51,523 nt of DNA from Candidatus Uhrbacteria bacterium (GTDB taxonomy: Bacteria > Patescibacteriota > Patescibacteriia > 2-12-FULL-60-25). The notes under the pieces were generated by a model that saw only the letters and a program-made list of their open reading frames with translations, was not told the origin of the DNA and did no database searches. The DNA lies in the NCBI GenBank assembly GCA_903893445.1, contig CAITMG010000030.1, forward strand, positions 1-51,523, given 5' to 3'. The position numbers and the translations under genes were made by a program. Positions 16,845 to 26,042 of the stretch are shown piece after piece; position 1 is the stretch's first letter; the number at the start of each line of letters is the position of its first letter.

Positions 16845-16880
16845 AATACAAAACTCCTCCGGCAATGGGCCGGAGGAGTT
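16845..16880 (-). terminator. Rho-independent terminator
   Basis: aactcctccgg/ccggaggagtt 11-bp stem, with ttttgtattt on the minus strand. Confidence 0.75.
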
Positions 16881-16885
16881 GTTGA

Positions 16886-17749
16886 TTACAAGCTGACTTT
16901 GAGTGTTTCGACTTTTTGCGTTTTTGTTCCGTCCGCATTCTTGTAGATCACATCGTACTCGATGGTGGAATTGTCCAACCACCGAACGGACATACTGGAT
17001 TCCTGCGGCAACCCGAGACCCGATGACTGCGTCTTTGGGTTGAATGGAACGACGAGCGAAACGCTTGGCGTGCCAACGGCCTCAATGGCCACACCTTTCT
17101 TTCCAACAGTCACGACATCGTATCCCGCATATCGCGTGCCATCTGGGGAAAATGAGCCTCGGACCAATGCGCCGCTCGGACTTGTTGGTGCGGCAACGGA
17201 TTTTTGCATAGCGACCGGCAATCGACCGGTTGATGTTGCATTTGATGCTGACGTTGATGTTGCGGTTGCTGGCGTTGACGTTGGCACAACGGACGCGGTC
17301 TCCAGATTTGTTACGCGCTGATCAATATCTTCGACACGATTTTGGAGATTGACAAGATTGCGCTGAACGTTGAGCTGAGACTCGCGTGCGGTGTTGGATG
17401 TGGCGGATAATCCATCGATCTGAACTGTTTGGATGTATGCGATTAATGCCCCCGCGAGTAAACAACTCACTAAGAGAATTGTTAATACGGAAATAACCGT
17501 TTCATGCGACATCACGATGCGACGCAAATTTGTGAGCGCATTTTGCGGTGCTGGCTCAGGCGACGGCTCGACGTCTGGTTCTGGTTCTTCGAGTGGCGTC
17601 GACATTCGCATGCGCTTGATCTCCGGTTCTTTTTCTTGAATCGGTTCATCAATTTGTGGAGCATCGGCAAAAACGATGTTCGTTGGTTTTGGAACGGATT
17701 TTGAAGCACTTGTTTTGCGCGTTGTGCTACGCGAGGTGCGAGGAGGCAT
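16886..17749 (-). CDS. Hypothetical single-pass membrane protein with basic then Pro/Glu-rich N-terminus
   Basis: 287 aa with a TM at ..VISVLTILLVSCLLAGALIAYI.., a short coiled coil and a beta-rich C-terminus. No known motif. Confidence 0.6.
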   Translation of the reverse strand: MPPRTSRSTTRKTSASKSVPKPTNIVFADAPQIDEPIQEKEPEIKRMRMSTPLEEPEPDVEPSPEPAPQNALTNLRRIVMSHETVISVLTILLVSCLLAGALIAYIQTVQIDGLSATSNTARESQLNVQRNLVNLQNRVEDIDQRVTNLETASVVPTSTPATATSTSASNATSTGRLPVAMQKSVAAPTSPSGALVRGSFSPDGTRYAGYDVVTVGKKGVAIEAVGTPSVSLVVPFNPKTQSSGLGLPQESSMSVRWLDNSTIEYDVIYKNADGTKTQKVETLKVSL

Positions 17750-17780
17750 AAGAGCTTTTTCTAGTATATCATATCTTCAA

Positions 17781-20429
17781 ATGTCCATGTCATCTCTTTC
17801 TTCGCTCGCTTCACTCTCACCGCGTGAGACCGCATCACTTTCAATACATGAAACGATTCAACGATTCTCGACATCCCTCAATGGATTAACAAATGATGAA
17901 GCGGAACAGCGTCGATCGCTTGGAGAAAATATCCTTCCGAAAAAAAAGGAACCGAATTTTTTCTTTCGCGTGCTTCGTCAATTTTGCAGTCCACTTATTG
18001 CGATCTTAATGATTTCCGCTGCACTGATGCCGTTCGTCGGAAGGCCGGAAGATGCATACGTCATTCTTGCCATCCTTATTTTAAATGCCGTTGTTGGCGC
18101 GCTTCAAGAAGGACGCGCGTCTCGAGCCCTTCAACTTCTCGAATCACACAGTACGCCGATTGTTGATGTCTTACGCGGAGGCGTCGAGCAACGCATCTCG
18201 ATTTTCGATCTTCGATTGGGAGATCTTCTTCCGCTCCGCGAAGGGGTGATTGTTCCGGCCGATGGCCGCATCATTCAACACGTTGGACTGCGCATCGATG
18301 AATCAACCCTGACCGGAGAATCTTCTCCGGTTGGAAAAACATCCGATCCTCTACCAACAAACAATCATGCAGCGCTCGCCGATCTCCGCAATGCGGCGTT
18401 TCGCGGCACGCATGTCGTTGCCGGCCATGGACTCATGCTTGTAACGGCTATCGGTTCGGAAACGGAAATCGGGCGCATCGCGCTTTCGATCGTTCAACGC
18501 GGAACAGAACCGCCGCTTGCAAAAAAAATCGCGCACATTAGTCGCATCATTGCCATCATTGTCGGAGTTTTTTCCGTCTGCTTATTTGGTATTGGATTGC
18601 TTGTTGGACGACCGATCGTCTTACTTTTCGCCACGGTCGTCACTCTCGCTGTTTCGATCATCCCGGAAGGTCTGCCTGTTGTCCTGACGATCGTCTTGGC
18701 ACGTGGCGTTCGTCGAATGGCGCGTCATCATGCGGTCGTTAAACAACTCAATGCGGTTGAAGGTCTTGGGAATGTCGATGTCATTTGTACGGATAAGACC
18801 GGAACATTGACGGTCAATGAACAAAATATTCTCCATGTCCTTACGCCAAAGACGCGATATACGGTCGAAGGACACGGATATGAACCGCACGGCCATATTT
18901 TGTCGCACGGAGAACGTGTTCGTTTTGGTGATCATTCGGATCTTGATCGCATCATTATTGCCGCGGCGGCGCTTGGTGAACATGCTATTCGCAAAGAGCA
19001 CAACGAATTTGTTCCGATCGGCGATCCGGTGAATTCTGCCTTTTTGGCACTTTCGCAACGAGGCAGCTTTCATTCGTCACCCTGGCGGATTATTGATGAA
19101 CGACCGTTCTCTTTTGAGGAACGCTGTCGGTATATTCAACTCGAATCTAAAACTGGTCAGATCACCTCCTACATGGCTGGTTCGCCGGAAACAGTTTTCG
19201 CAAAATGTATTGATGACGGTTTTGAACAAGAGTTCGCCTTTGAAGAGTACGCGCGTCATGGACTCCGCGTTGTGGCACTTGCCTATCGTGATGGCGACAT
19301 CCCTTTTTCCAACACCACAACACCTTGGCACTGCGCTGGGTACGTCGCAATGGGTGACACACTCCGTCCGGATGCGGCGACGAGCGTTGCGTGGTGTCAC
19401 CAAAATGGGATCCGTGTCGTCATGGTCACCGGCGATCATCCTGAGACGGCACTTGCGATCGCAAAAGATGTCGGACTCGCCGCAACATCCGACAATCTTC
19501 TTCGCGGAGATGAACTCGACGCGATGGACGATGCCGCACTCACGGCGCGCCTCACGAACATCACCGTGTTCGCGAGAATCACCCCTGCGCACAAGCTACG
19601 AATCGTGAATGCGTATCGCGCGAACGAACTCATCACGGCGATGACGGGCGACGGTGTCAACGATGCACCAGCATTGCGCGCTGCGGATATTGGGATCGCT
19701 ATGGGGAAACATGGAACAGATGTTGCCCGTGAAGCGTGTGATCTTGTCCTGCTTGATGATCGCTTTGCCACGATTGTCGCCGCGATCCAAGAAGGACGCT
19801 CCATTTCCGGCAACGTCCGAAAAGTGATCTCGTATCTTTTTTCCACAAACATTGCCGAGGCGATTGTTCTTGCGGTCACGCTCCTAAGCGGCGCGCCAAT
19901 TCTCTTGCTCCCCGTGCAAATTTTGTGGCTCAATCTCATCACGGATGGATTCTTAGATATCTCGCTCGCAATGGAGCCGCCGCATAAACGTGGAAAGCCA
20001 CGCGCTGGTGGTTTTCTCGATACAACGTCGTTGTTCCGCATCTTTCTCCTTGGCGGCGTCATGGCCGGCGGAACACTCTTTGTCTATTTTCTGTTCATCG
20101 ATCGACCTGCGGCTCAGCTTCAAACACTGACGCTTCTCGTTCTCGCCGTGTTCCAGTGGTTTAACGCATGGAGCGCGCGTAGCGAAAGCACGTCGCTCAC
20201 ACGACTCTCGCTCTTATCGAATCCGTATCTCATTATTGCGACGTGCATTATTTTTGTTTTGCAACTTGCTGCGCTGTATAGCCCACTCTCTTCCTGGTTA
20301 CATACGGCGCCACTTCCGATGCTCGACTGGATTCTTGCTGCGCTCATCTCGCTGACCGTTGTATTAGCGGACGAATGGTGGAAGCATCGCTTTCGACGCG
20401 CACAACATCTCGCGCAACACACCGCATAA
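17781..20429 (+). CDS. Cation-transporting P-type ATPase (type II, Ca2+/Mg2+-like)
   Basis: Carries CTDKTGTLT, TGDGVNDAPAL and the PEGLP motif, with about 10 TMs. The start was trimmed to the ATG at 17781. Confidence 0.93.
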   Translation: MSMSSLSSLASLSPRETASLSIHETIQRFSTSLNGLTNDEAEQRRSLGENILPKKKEPNFFFRVLRQFCSPLIAILMISAALMPFVGRPEDAYVILAILILNAVVGALQEGRASRALQLLESHSTPIVDVLRGGVEQRISIFDLRLGDLLPLREGVIVPADGRIIQHVGLRIDESTLTGESSPVGKTSDPLPTNNHAALADLRNAAFRGTHVVAGHGLMLVTAIGSETEIGRIALSIVQRGTEPPLAKKIAHISRIIAIIVGVFSVCLFGIGLLVGRPIVLLFATVVTLAVSIIPEGLPVVLTIVLARGVRRMARHHAVVKQLNAVEGLGNVDVICTDKTGTLTVNEQNILHVLTPKTRYTVEGHGYEPHGHILSHGERVRFGDHSDLDRIIIAAAALGEHAIRKEHNEFVPIGDPVNSAFLALSQRGSFHSSPWRIIDERPFSFEERCRYIQLESKTGQITSYMAGSPETVFAKCIDDGFEQEFAFEEYARHGLRVVALAYRDGDIPFSNTTTPWHCAGYVAMGDTLRPDAATSVAWCHQNGIRVVMVTGDHPETALAIAKDVGLAATSDNLLRGDELDAMDDAALTARLTNITVFARITPAHKLRIVNAYRANELITAMTGDGVNDAPALRAADIGIAMGKHGTDVAREACDLVLLDDRFATIVAAIQEGRSISGNVRKVISYLFSTNIAEAIVLAVTLLSGAPILLLPVQILWLNLITDGFLDISLAMEPPHKRGKPRAGGFLDTTSLFRIFLLGGVMAGGTLFVYFLFIDRPAAQLQTLTLLVLAVFQWFNAWSARSESTSLTRLSLLSNPYLIIATCIIFVLQLAALYSPLSSWLHTAPLPMLDWILAALISLTVVLADEWWKHRFRRAQHLAQHTA

Positions 20430-20430
20430 C

Positions 20431-20461
20431 AAAACACCCCGGACGTACCGGGGTGTTTTTA
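20431..20461. terminator. Bidirectional rho-independent terminator
   Basis: aacaccccgg-acgta-ccggggtgtt with an A-run and T-run on either side, between convergent genes. Confidence 0.8.
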
Positions 20462-20485
20462 TTCTATCCATCCCTTATGGGCAAC

Positions 20486-21799
20486 CTAGTTGAGATGTTG
20501 GATTCCTCCGACGCCCGCATCAACACCAATGTTCGTGAGTAAGGAACTAAATGATCCGGTGACGCCTTTTTTCACATGGATTACCGTACTGTAATCATTT
20601 GTATTCATCTGTGATGTCATTCCTGGATAGAACTGATCAAGAATGACTGGATCCGTAATCAGATTCCCATCCATCCCACCAACAGCCCATTGGACGGGCA
20701 TACTCACCGGTCGCGCACCGGAAAAATCCTGCACCTGCGTTTGATTTGTGGAAACATCCAATGCTTGCGCAAGCGGATTCGCATAACTAAAGCTCGCGAG
20801 ATGCGAAGCGAAGTGCGTGGTGTCGACAGGCATCGTTTGTCCATTCCCCTCATTACTCGTCCATTCCGTCCCGTACAAATTAATGAATGCTTCGATATTT
20901 CCTTTTTGCGTGACCGTCACATTCCCGGCATTGTTGGCCGTATCAGAATCTGAACCTGGCGTCATCGGTCCGCCATTGAGCTTGTAAACAAGCGTGCCTG
21001 GGGAGGTATTTACCGTTGGCGCAACATCAATCGCAAGGAGCGGATCAACCGTGGCACGAATTGCCGTAATGATCGATTGATGATTACCCACAAAACACGT
21101 CATTGGATTTGTACAATACTGTGAAAACAGCATTTCATTCGAGAGATTCCCCGCCGCATCAACTGGATACATCGTCACCCGCACGATCCACTTGCCGGGA
21201 GCTGCGTAATACGGCAAGCGAAATGAAAGCTGCATCGTTCCATGCGTCCCGTCTCCCGGATCAACGGAGATCACATCTGACACTCGTGGGCCGCCGATTG
21301 GAGCCCAGCTTCCGAACCCCTTGGTCCAGCAGCTCGTCCCGTTATACACGTCATTCCCCTGCGAATCTTGTGCCGGTGAGCACCAGCTATCGCTGCTGCC
21401 TGATTCAATAAAATCCGCATCCAAGATCACACCCGCATTTTCCTGCAATAACGTATTCGCGACGCCATTCGGCTCAACGAAATGCATCGTGTAATTTACC
21501 GGAACGGACAACCCGCCCGGCGTCAAAATAATGGAATGCGTCGGCGTTGCATATTCCAATCCACCGACATCAACGAGGTCTCCGGCCTGAGCGGCACTCC
21601 CACCTTGCATCTGAGTCAAGGATTGATCAACGAATTCAATCGGCGCTGGCGCAGACGCGGTCTGTTGGTTCACTTGCTCGACAGCCGTCTGAGCGCGCGA
21701 GCGAACCATGACGAGACCAATTAACGCGACGACGGCGATTACTGTGAATAGCGCACCAAAAAATGTTAGCGCTCCATTTTGTTGTTGATTTTCTGACAT
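20486..21799 (-). CDS. Hypothetical secreted/anchored protein
   Basis: 437 aa with an N-terminal TM (ALTFFGALFTVIAVVALIGLVMV) and a beta-rich, Gly/Asn/Thr-rich body. No motif recognised. Confidence 0.6.
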   Translation of the reverse strand: MSENQQQNGALTFFGALFTVIAVVALIGLVMVRSRAQTAVEQVNQQTASAPAPIEFVDQSLTQMQGGSAAQAGDLVDVGGLEYATPTHSIILTPGGLSVPVNYTMHFVEPNGVANTLLQENAGVILDADFIESGSSDSWCSPAQDSQGNDVYNGTSCWTKGFGSWAPIGGPRVSDVISVDPGDGTHGTMQLSFRLPYYAAPGKWIVRVTMYPVDAAGNLSNEMLFSQYCTNPMTCFVGNHQSIITAIRATVDPLLAIDVAPTVNTSPGTLVYKLNGGPMTPGSDSDTANNAGNVTVTQKGNIEAFINLYGTEWTSNEGNGQTMPVDTTHFASHLASFSYANPLAQALDVSTNQTQVQDFSGARPVSMPVQWAVGGMDGNLITDPVILDQFYPGMTSQMNTNDYSTVIHVKKGVTGSFSSLLTNIGVDAGVGGIQHLN

Positions 21800-21849
21800 A
21801 TCAAAAAGAATGATTTTTCATCATTCTATCACATGTATCCAAATTAACA

Positions 21850-22539
21850 TTACGACGAACGCTTTTCGCGACGCCACGTTTCGATTTTTTTATGATCGCC
21901 GGAGAGTAAAATCTCTGGCACCTTCCATCCTAAATAGTCCTCCGGTCTCGTGAACTGCGGATACTCGGTTTGATCTTTATCGGACCACGACTCTTCCGCA
22001 AGTGACGCTTCTTTCCCAAGAACACCCGGACGCAATCGTGCAACCGCATCTGTCATCACGAGTGCTGGGAGCTCACCACCTGTTAAGACAAATTGCCCGA
22101 TGGACAGTTCTTCATCTGCGAGATATTCCGTCACGCGCTCATCAATCCCTTCGTAGCGACCGCATAAGAAAACTAAACGATCGTATTCACACAATCGTTT
22201 TGCGTCTTGCTGGGTAAACATTTTTCCTTTTGCGCTTGTGACGATGACACGCGTCTTTTTTGCCGTTGCCGTTGGTGTGCCTTTTTTTGTTCGGACCTTT
22301 AATGCGACGAGCGCGTCATGAAACGGCTGAATCTGCATCACCATCCCGGCACCTCCACCAAACGGCTTATCATCCACGTTGTTATGTTTATCTTTTGACC
22401 AGTCGCGCAGTTGATGAACGTTCAAATCCAACGCACCGGATTTTTGTCCGCGACCCAAAATAGACGCCTCGAGATACGGTGAACACGCCTCGGGAAAGAG
22501 GGTGAGAATATCGACGCGCAGAGCCTTTTGCTTTTTCAT
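21850..22539 (-). CDS. trmD: tRNA (guanine37-N1)-methyltransferase
   Basis: ..DILTLFPE.. and ..DDKPFGGGAGMVM.. The start was trimmed to MKKQKAL. Confidence 0.93.
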   Translation of the reverse strand: MKKQKALRVDILTLFPEACSPYLEASILGRGQKSGALDLNVHQLRDWSKDKHNNVDDKPFGGGAGMVMQIQPFHDALVALKVRTKKGTPTATAKKTRVIVTSAKGKMFTQQDAKRLCEYDRLVFLCGRYEGIDERVTEYLADEELSIGQFVLTGGELPALVMTDAVARLRPGVLGKEASLAEESWSDKDQTEYPQFTRPEDYLGWKVPEILLSGDHKKIETWRREKRSS

Positions 22540-22561
22540 ACAATATTGATAACACAGAACG

Positions 22562-22638
22562 CGGATTATCAAAATAGTCGGTCAGCACGCTTCGCAGAGG
22601 GGTACCAAACTCTGCTCAGCATGCCGACCGACTATTTT
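22562..22638 (+). repeat. Conserved extended-hairpin element, copy 2
   Basis: Outer stem aaaatagtcggtc/gaccgactatttt around cacgcttcgcagaggggtaccaaactctgctcagcatgcc. Same orientation as copy 1. Confidence 0.8.
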
Positions 22639-22655
22639 ACTGTTTAACCTTTTGA

Positions 22656-23027
22656 CTAGATTCCGAGATCAGCGAGATCGCTGTCGCTCACGAGGCCGGC
22701 ATCGCCGTGGGATGCTGGTGCGGACGGGGCGGCGGACTTTTCTCCGGCGCGGCGTTCCTGATGTTCGCGGCGGGCTTCCTCCGGCTCGTAGATCACGAGG
22801 CTGACGCGAGCGTCGTCCTTTGCACCAACGATCTTGAGCAAGATGCGGAGCGCACGAGCTGTCTGGCCTTGGCGACCAATGACGTAGCCCATGTCCTCTG
22901 GGTTCACGTAGAGGGTGATTTTGACTCCGCGGTCGTCGATGACGCGCTCGGTTCGGACATCCTCTGGATGATTGACGATTGATTTAACGACGTACTCAAC
23001 AAACGCTTGATCTTTCAATTCGGCCAT
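22656..23027 (-). CDS. KH-domain RNA-binding protein (YlqC/UPF0109-like) with acidic/Ala-rich tail
   Basis: ..VKSIV.HPEDV.....DDRGV.I.L.V.PEDMGYVIGRQGQTARALR.. in the classic position between rpsP and trmD. Confidence 0.85.
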   Translation of the reverse strand: MAELKDQAFVEYVVKSIVNHPEDVRTERVIDDRGVKITLYVNPEDMGYVIGRQGQTARALRILLKIVGAKDDARVSLVIYEPEEARREHQERRAGEKSAAPSAPASHGDAGLVSDSDLADLGI

Positions 23028-23139
23028 ATCGGCTGACGTTTCCCCCACCTTTGGTTGTTCCGGGGGGAATGGTTAAGAGTAGGTGGGGAAAGTATAGCCC
23101 ATCCCCCCTTTTTGGAGCAAGGCTAAAAAAAGAACCGCG

Positions 23140-23451
23140 TTATGCGGCCTTCTTTTTTTCGATCTTGGCTTTACGTTTTGCCGTAATGCTGACCTTTTTG
23201 CTTTTTTCTCCTTCAATGACTTTTTGGTCGATGAGGAGGTTGCGCACCGTGTCAGATGTCTGGGCTCCCTTGGAGATCCAGTATTTGATGCGGTCGGTGT
23301 TCAAGTTCACGAACGCCGGGTTGGCGAGCGGGTTGAAAACGCCGAGGAGTTCGAGGCAGTCGCCCCACGGATCCTTGGTCTTTTCGGAAACAATGAGCCG
23401 ATAGGACGGCTGTTTGGTCTTGCCGACGCGGCTGAGACGAATGGTTAACAT
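23140..23451 (-). CDS. rpsP: 30S ribosomal protein S16
   Basis: MLTIRLSRVGKTKQPSYRLIV....DPWG...E.LG.FNP.. The start was trimmed to the ATG at 23451. Confidence 0.93.
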   Translation of the reverse strand: MLTIRLSRVGKTKQPSYRLIVSEKTKDPWGDCLELLGVFNPLANPAFVNLNTDRIKYWISKGAQTSDTVRNLLIDQKVIEGEKSKKVSITAKRKAKIEKKKAA

Positions 23452-23502
23452 GGTGATTGGTAAATGTTGGGGTGAGCAAAACCCCTTATAAACGGTGCGG
23501 CA

Positions 23503-23531
23503 AGGATAGGCAAAAATGCGGAATCCGTCAA
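23503..23531 (-). promoter_or_regulatory. Sigma70-like promoter TTGACG-N17-TATCCT for rpsP
   Basis: Read on the minus strand, about 50 nt upstream of the rpsP ATG. Confidence 0.5.
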
Positions 23532-23541
23532 GTGGTCGGAT

Positions 23542-23570
23542 TTGACAAGCTCCTCTTTTCCCCATATTAT
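23542..23570 (+). promoter_or_regulatory. Near-consensus promoter TTGACA-N17-TATTAT for tRNA-Glu
   Basis: -35 at 23542-23547 and -10 at 23565-23570, 46 nt upstream of the tRNA 5' end. Confidence 0.65.
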
Positions 23571-23616
23571 CCTGCGCACGTGGCCTGCCGCGTGGCAGAC
23601 AAAATCTGCTTTACGT

Positions 23617-23691
23617 GGCCTCTTCGTCTAATGGTTAGGACAGCGGCTTTTCAAGCCGTTAACAGGGGTTCAATTCCCCTAGAGGCTACCA
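23617..23691 (+). tRNA. tRNA-Glu (anticodon UUC), CCA encoded
   Basis: Cloverleaf readable by eye: ggcctct / tcgtctaatggttaggac / gcggc-ttTTCaa-gccgt / aggggttcaattcccct / agaggct-a-cca. It aligns with E. coli tRNA-Glu. Confidence 0.9.
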
Positions 23692-23695
23692 TCGA

Positions 23696-23724
23696 AAACA
23701 CTCCGAGTCATCGGGGTGTTTTTG
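23696..23724 (+). terminator. Rho-independent terminator after tRNA-Glu
   Basis: acactccga-gtca-tcggggtgt followed by ttttt. Confidence 0.75.
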
Positions 23725-23736
23725 TTATCCAATAAG

Positions 23737-23768
23737 AAAAGCCGCATTCTGAGAAAAAATGCGGCTTG
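23737..23768 (-). terminator. Rho-independent terminator of the HTH-like gene
   Basis: aagccgcat..atgcggctt stem, T-rich on the minus strand. Confidence 0.6.
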
Positions 23769-23782
23769 GTGGCGGTGTCGTG

Positions 23783-24043
23783 TCATTGTGCGACTTCCCC
23801 ATTGAGTGGGCGAAGTGCATCGCCGCACAGACTGAGAATGAACCGACGAAAACCCGGCGTAGGCGGAAGCGTAATCCCTTCCGCCCACAATCGAAGGTAC
23901 CCCGGTGCCAAACCAATCCGCGCACTGATCCGCGCAATCACATTTGGCTCGCACACGATTGCGCGTTGAAGGTATTCCGTAAAAAGATCCGAATCCGACG
24001 TCCCGTGATCACACAATTTTATCAGTTGTTCGCGTTCGGTCAT
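23783..24043 (-). CDS. Small putative helix-turn-helix protein
   Basis: Trimmed to MTEREQLIKL.., which has GGAGG 4 nt upstream. ..VIARISARIGLAPGYLRLWAEG.. looks like an HTH. Family not identified. Confidence 0.5.
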   Translation of the reverse strand: MTEREQLIKLCDHGTSDSDLFTEYLQRAIVCEPNVIARISARIGLAPGYLRLWAEGITLPPTPGFRRFILSLCGDALRPLNGEVAQ

Positions 24044-24129
24044 CTGCCCTCCCCTTCCTTGTTCACCGCGGTACACGGTCAACATTCCATTTCTTACACA
24101 GTCTGTCAACAGAAGGTGGCTCATCCGTC

Positions 24130-24158
24130 TTGTTCGGCTTGCCCGGATTCCTTATGAT
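24130..24158 (+). promoter_or_regulatory. Promoter TTGTTC-N17-TATGAT giving an essentially leaderless mRNA
   Basis: The -10 ends 6 nt before the ATG at 24165. No SD sequence is possible in that space. Confidence 0.45.
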
Positions 24159-24164
24159 GCACGT

Positions 24165-24635
24165 ATGATCCGCGTTTTTCTGAGACAACTTGGCTGGGCA
24201 GGAGCTTTTGGTCTCTTCTTTGGCGGCTTTGGTCTTGTCATGTTCTTTGCCGCATCCTTCTTTTGGCTGATGAATGGCGAATATTTTCCGGGATTTTTAA
24301 CACTGGTCGTTGGTATTCTTTGTTGCACGTTGGTGTGGGTCGCGATTCTTGCGCCAGCGATCTTGTTTGCGCGACTCGCGATCTATGGCAAACCAGCTGT
24401 CGCAAAAATCCTTCGCGTGACGGAATCTGGGATAACGCTTCGATCATCCGGCAGTCCGCAAAGTCGCGTCACTCTTCACCTCGAAGTTCAGCCACAAAAT
24501 GGCAGACCCGCTTATCCAGCAACCATGAAGCTCTTTGTTTCGATGTTTGACGCGCCATCGGTTCAACCGGGCAATCTGATCGACGTGCTGGTTGATCAAC
24601 GCAATCCAAAACGCGTGGGCATTTTACGATCATGA
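24165..24635 (+). CDS. DUF3592-like two-TM membrane protein
   Basis: Two N-terminal TMs followed by a beta-rich soluble domain (..GKPAVAKILRV..VTLHLEV..). The stop overlaps the helicase ATG (ATGA). Confidence 0.6.
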   Translation: MIRVFLRQLGWAGAFGLFFGGFGLVMFFAASFFWLMNGEYFPGFLTLVVGILCCTLVWVAILAPAILFARLAIYGKPAVAKILRVTESGITLRSSGSPQSRVTLHLEVQPQNGRPAYPATMKLFVSMFDAPSVQPGNLIDVLVDQRNPKRVGILRS

Positions 24636-25993
24636 ACTTGGAACGCACACCGGAATTTGATGAAGCTTTGCAAAAAATGGAATATGGCAAAGCGTTTGTT
24701 TTTATTACCGGACGCGCTGGGACAGGGAAAAGTACGTTGCTCCGACATTTTATTGAGACGACGACGATTAAAGCTCCGGTGCTTGCACCCACCGGCGTCG
24801 CGGCATTGAACGTGCAAGGCGAAACGATCCATCGATTTTTTAAAGTGCCGCCATCTGTGGATTTGTTGACCGCGCGCATGGAAGCGATGAGCCGCAAACG
24901 TCCGGACATCTACCGACAAATTCAGGCGCTCGTGATTGATGAAATCTCCATGGTGCGTGCAGATTTATTTGATGCGATGGATGTGTTTTTACAAATTATT
25001 CGCAAAAGCAAACGACCGTTTGGCGGCGTGCGCATTATTGGGATTGGTGATTTGTATCAGCTTCCTCCGGTGGTGACGACATCGGATCATGGCGAGTTTT
25101 CACAAAAATATCCGACGCCGTATTTCTTTTCATCGAACGTCTATCAAAAGCTCCAACGCAGCGGACAGATTGATTTTGCAGAACTCACGACGATCTATCG
25201 GCAGAAGGATCAAAAATTTATCAAACTCCTCAATGCGATTCGTGATCGCGATATCACCACACAACAACTAGCGACGGTGAACAAGCGCGTCATCACGACT
25301 CCCCCGCCGGAAGATTCCATCGTCCTTACGCCGACGAATGAAGTTGCGAATGCCATCAATCAGGGCAAACTCGAAACGATTACCTCGCAGATCCACATTT
25401 TTGAAGGACGCACCGAAGGGACGTTTAAAGAACGCGACATGGCGACAGATCCGTCGCTTGTTCTCAAAGTTGGCGCTCGTGTGATGTGCGTGGCGAATGA
25501 TCCAAAAAGCAAGTACGTGAATGGAAGCTTGGGTTGGATCGTTGGGATCAATGAAGGCGAAGGAGATACGAATGTCACGGTTCAGCTTGATGATTTGAAC
25601 GAGCCGATTTTTATCGAGCCGTACACCTGGAACATCCATCGATCGAAGTTCAACAAAAAAACGAACGAGCTTGAACAGGAACCGGTCGGGAGTTTTACGC
25701 AGATTCCATTGCGACTTGCCTGGGCTGTCACGATACACAAAAGCCAAGGAAAAACATTCGACAAGGTCACGCTTGATTTGGGCCGCGGTGCTTTTGCCGC
25801 GGGTCAAATCTATGTCGCGCTCAGCCGATGTCGCACACTGGAAGGATTAAGCCTCATCAAGCCGATCACGGCGTGGCAGCTTAAACCGAACGCGCACTTG
25901 GCAGAGTTTTTTCATCACCTCCTCAATCCACCAGCTGAAGGTGATGCGCAGTACGTGGATGAAGACAGCCAATTGACGATTCATTCGTTATAA
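24632..25993 (+). CDS. PIF1/RecD-like SF1 DNA helicase
   Basis: Walker A GRAGTGKSTLL, Walker B LVIDEISMV, GDLYQLPPV and VTIHKSQGKTFD motifs. 453 aa. Confidence 0.88.
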   Translation: MNLERTPEFDEALQKMEYGKAFVFITGRAGTGKSTLLRHFIETTTIKAPVLAPTGVAALNVQGETIHRFFKVPPSVDLLTARMEAMSRKRPDIYRQIQALVIDEISMVRADLFDAMDVFLQIIRKSKRPFGGVRIIGIGDLYQLPPVVTTSDHGEFSQKYPTPYFFSSNVYQKLQRSGQIDFAELTTIYRQKDQKFIKLLNAIRDRDITTQQLATVNKRVITTPPPEDSIVLTPTNEVANAINQGKLETITSQIHIFEGRTEGTFKERDMATDPSLVLKVGARVMCVANDPKSKYVNGSLGWIVGINEGEGDTNVTVQLDDLNEPIFIEPYTWNIHRSKFNKKTNELEQEPVGSFTQIPLRLAWAVTIHKSQGKTFDKVTLDLGRGAFAAGQIYVALSRCRTLEGLSLIKPITAWQLKPNAHLAEFFHHLLNPPAEGDAQYVDEDSQLTIHSL

Positions 25994-26036
25994 AAAAAGC
26001 CCGGCGACGAGCAGAGAAACCTGCTGTTGCGCGGGC
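25992..26036 (-). terminator. Hairpin terminator (T-run on the minus strand), between convergent units
   Basis: gcccggcgacgagcag / ctgctgttgcgcgggc imperfect long stem, with ttttttt on the minus strand. Confidence 0.6.
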
Positions 26037-26042
26037 GAGGAT

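Noticed and set aside
21803-21827. AT-rich hairpin agaatgat-ttttc-atcattct with a T-run as a trmD terminator.
   Set aside because: It ends only 4 nt before the start codon of the next gene, leaving no room for a promoter. The stem is weak (all A/T except two pairs). It may be an intercistronic structure, so it is not listed as a terminator.
23759-24157. 132-aa + strand Arg-rich ORF overlapping the HTH-like gene.
   Set aside because: It begins inside a terminator hairpin and is extremely Arg-rich. It runs antisense to a frame that has a GGAGG-ATG start, an HTH-like segment and its own terminator.
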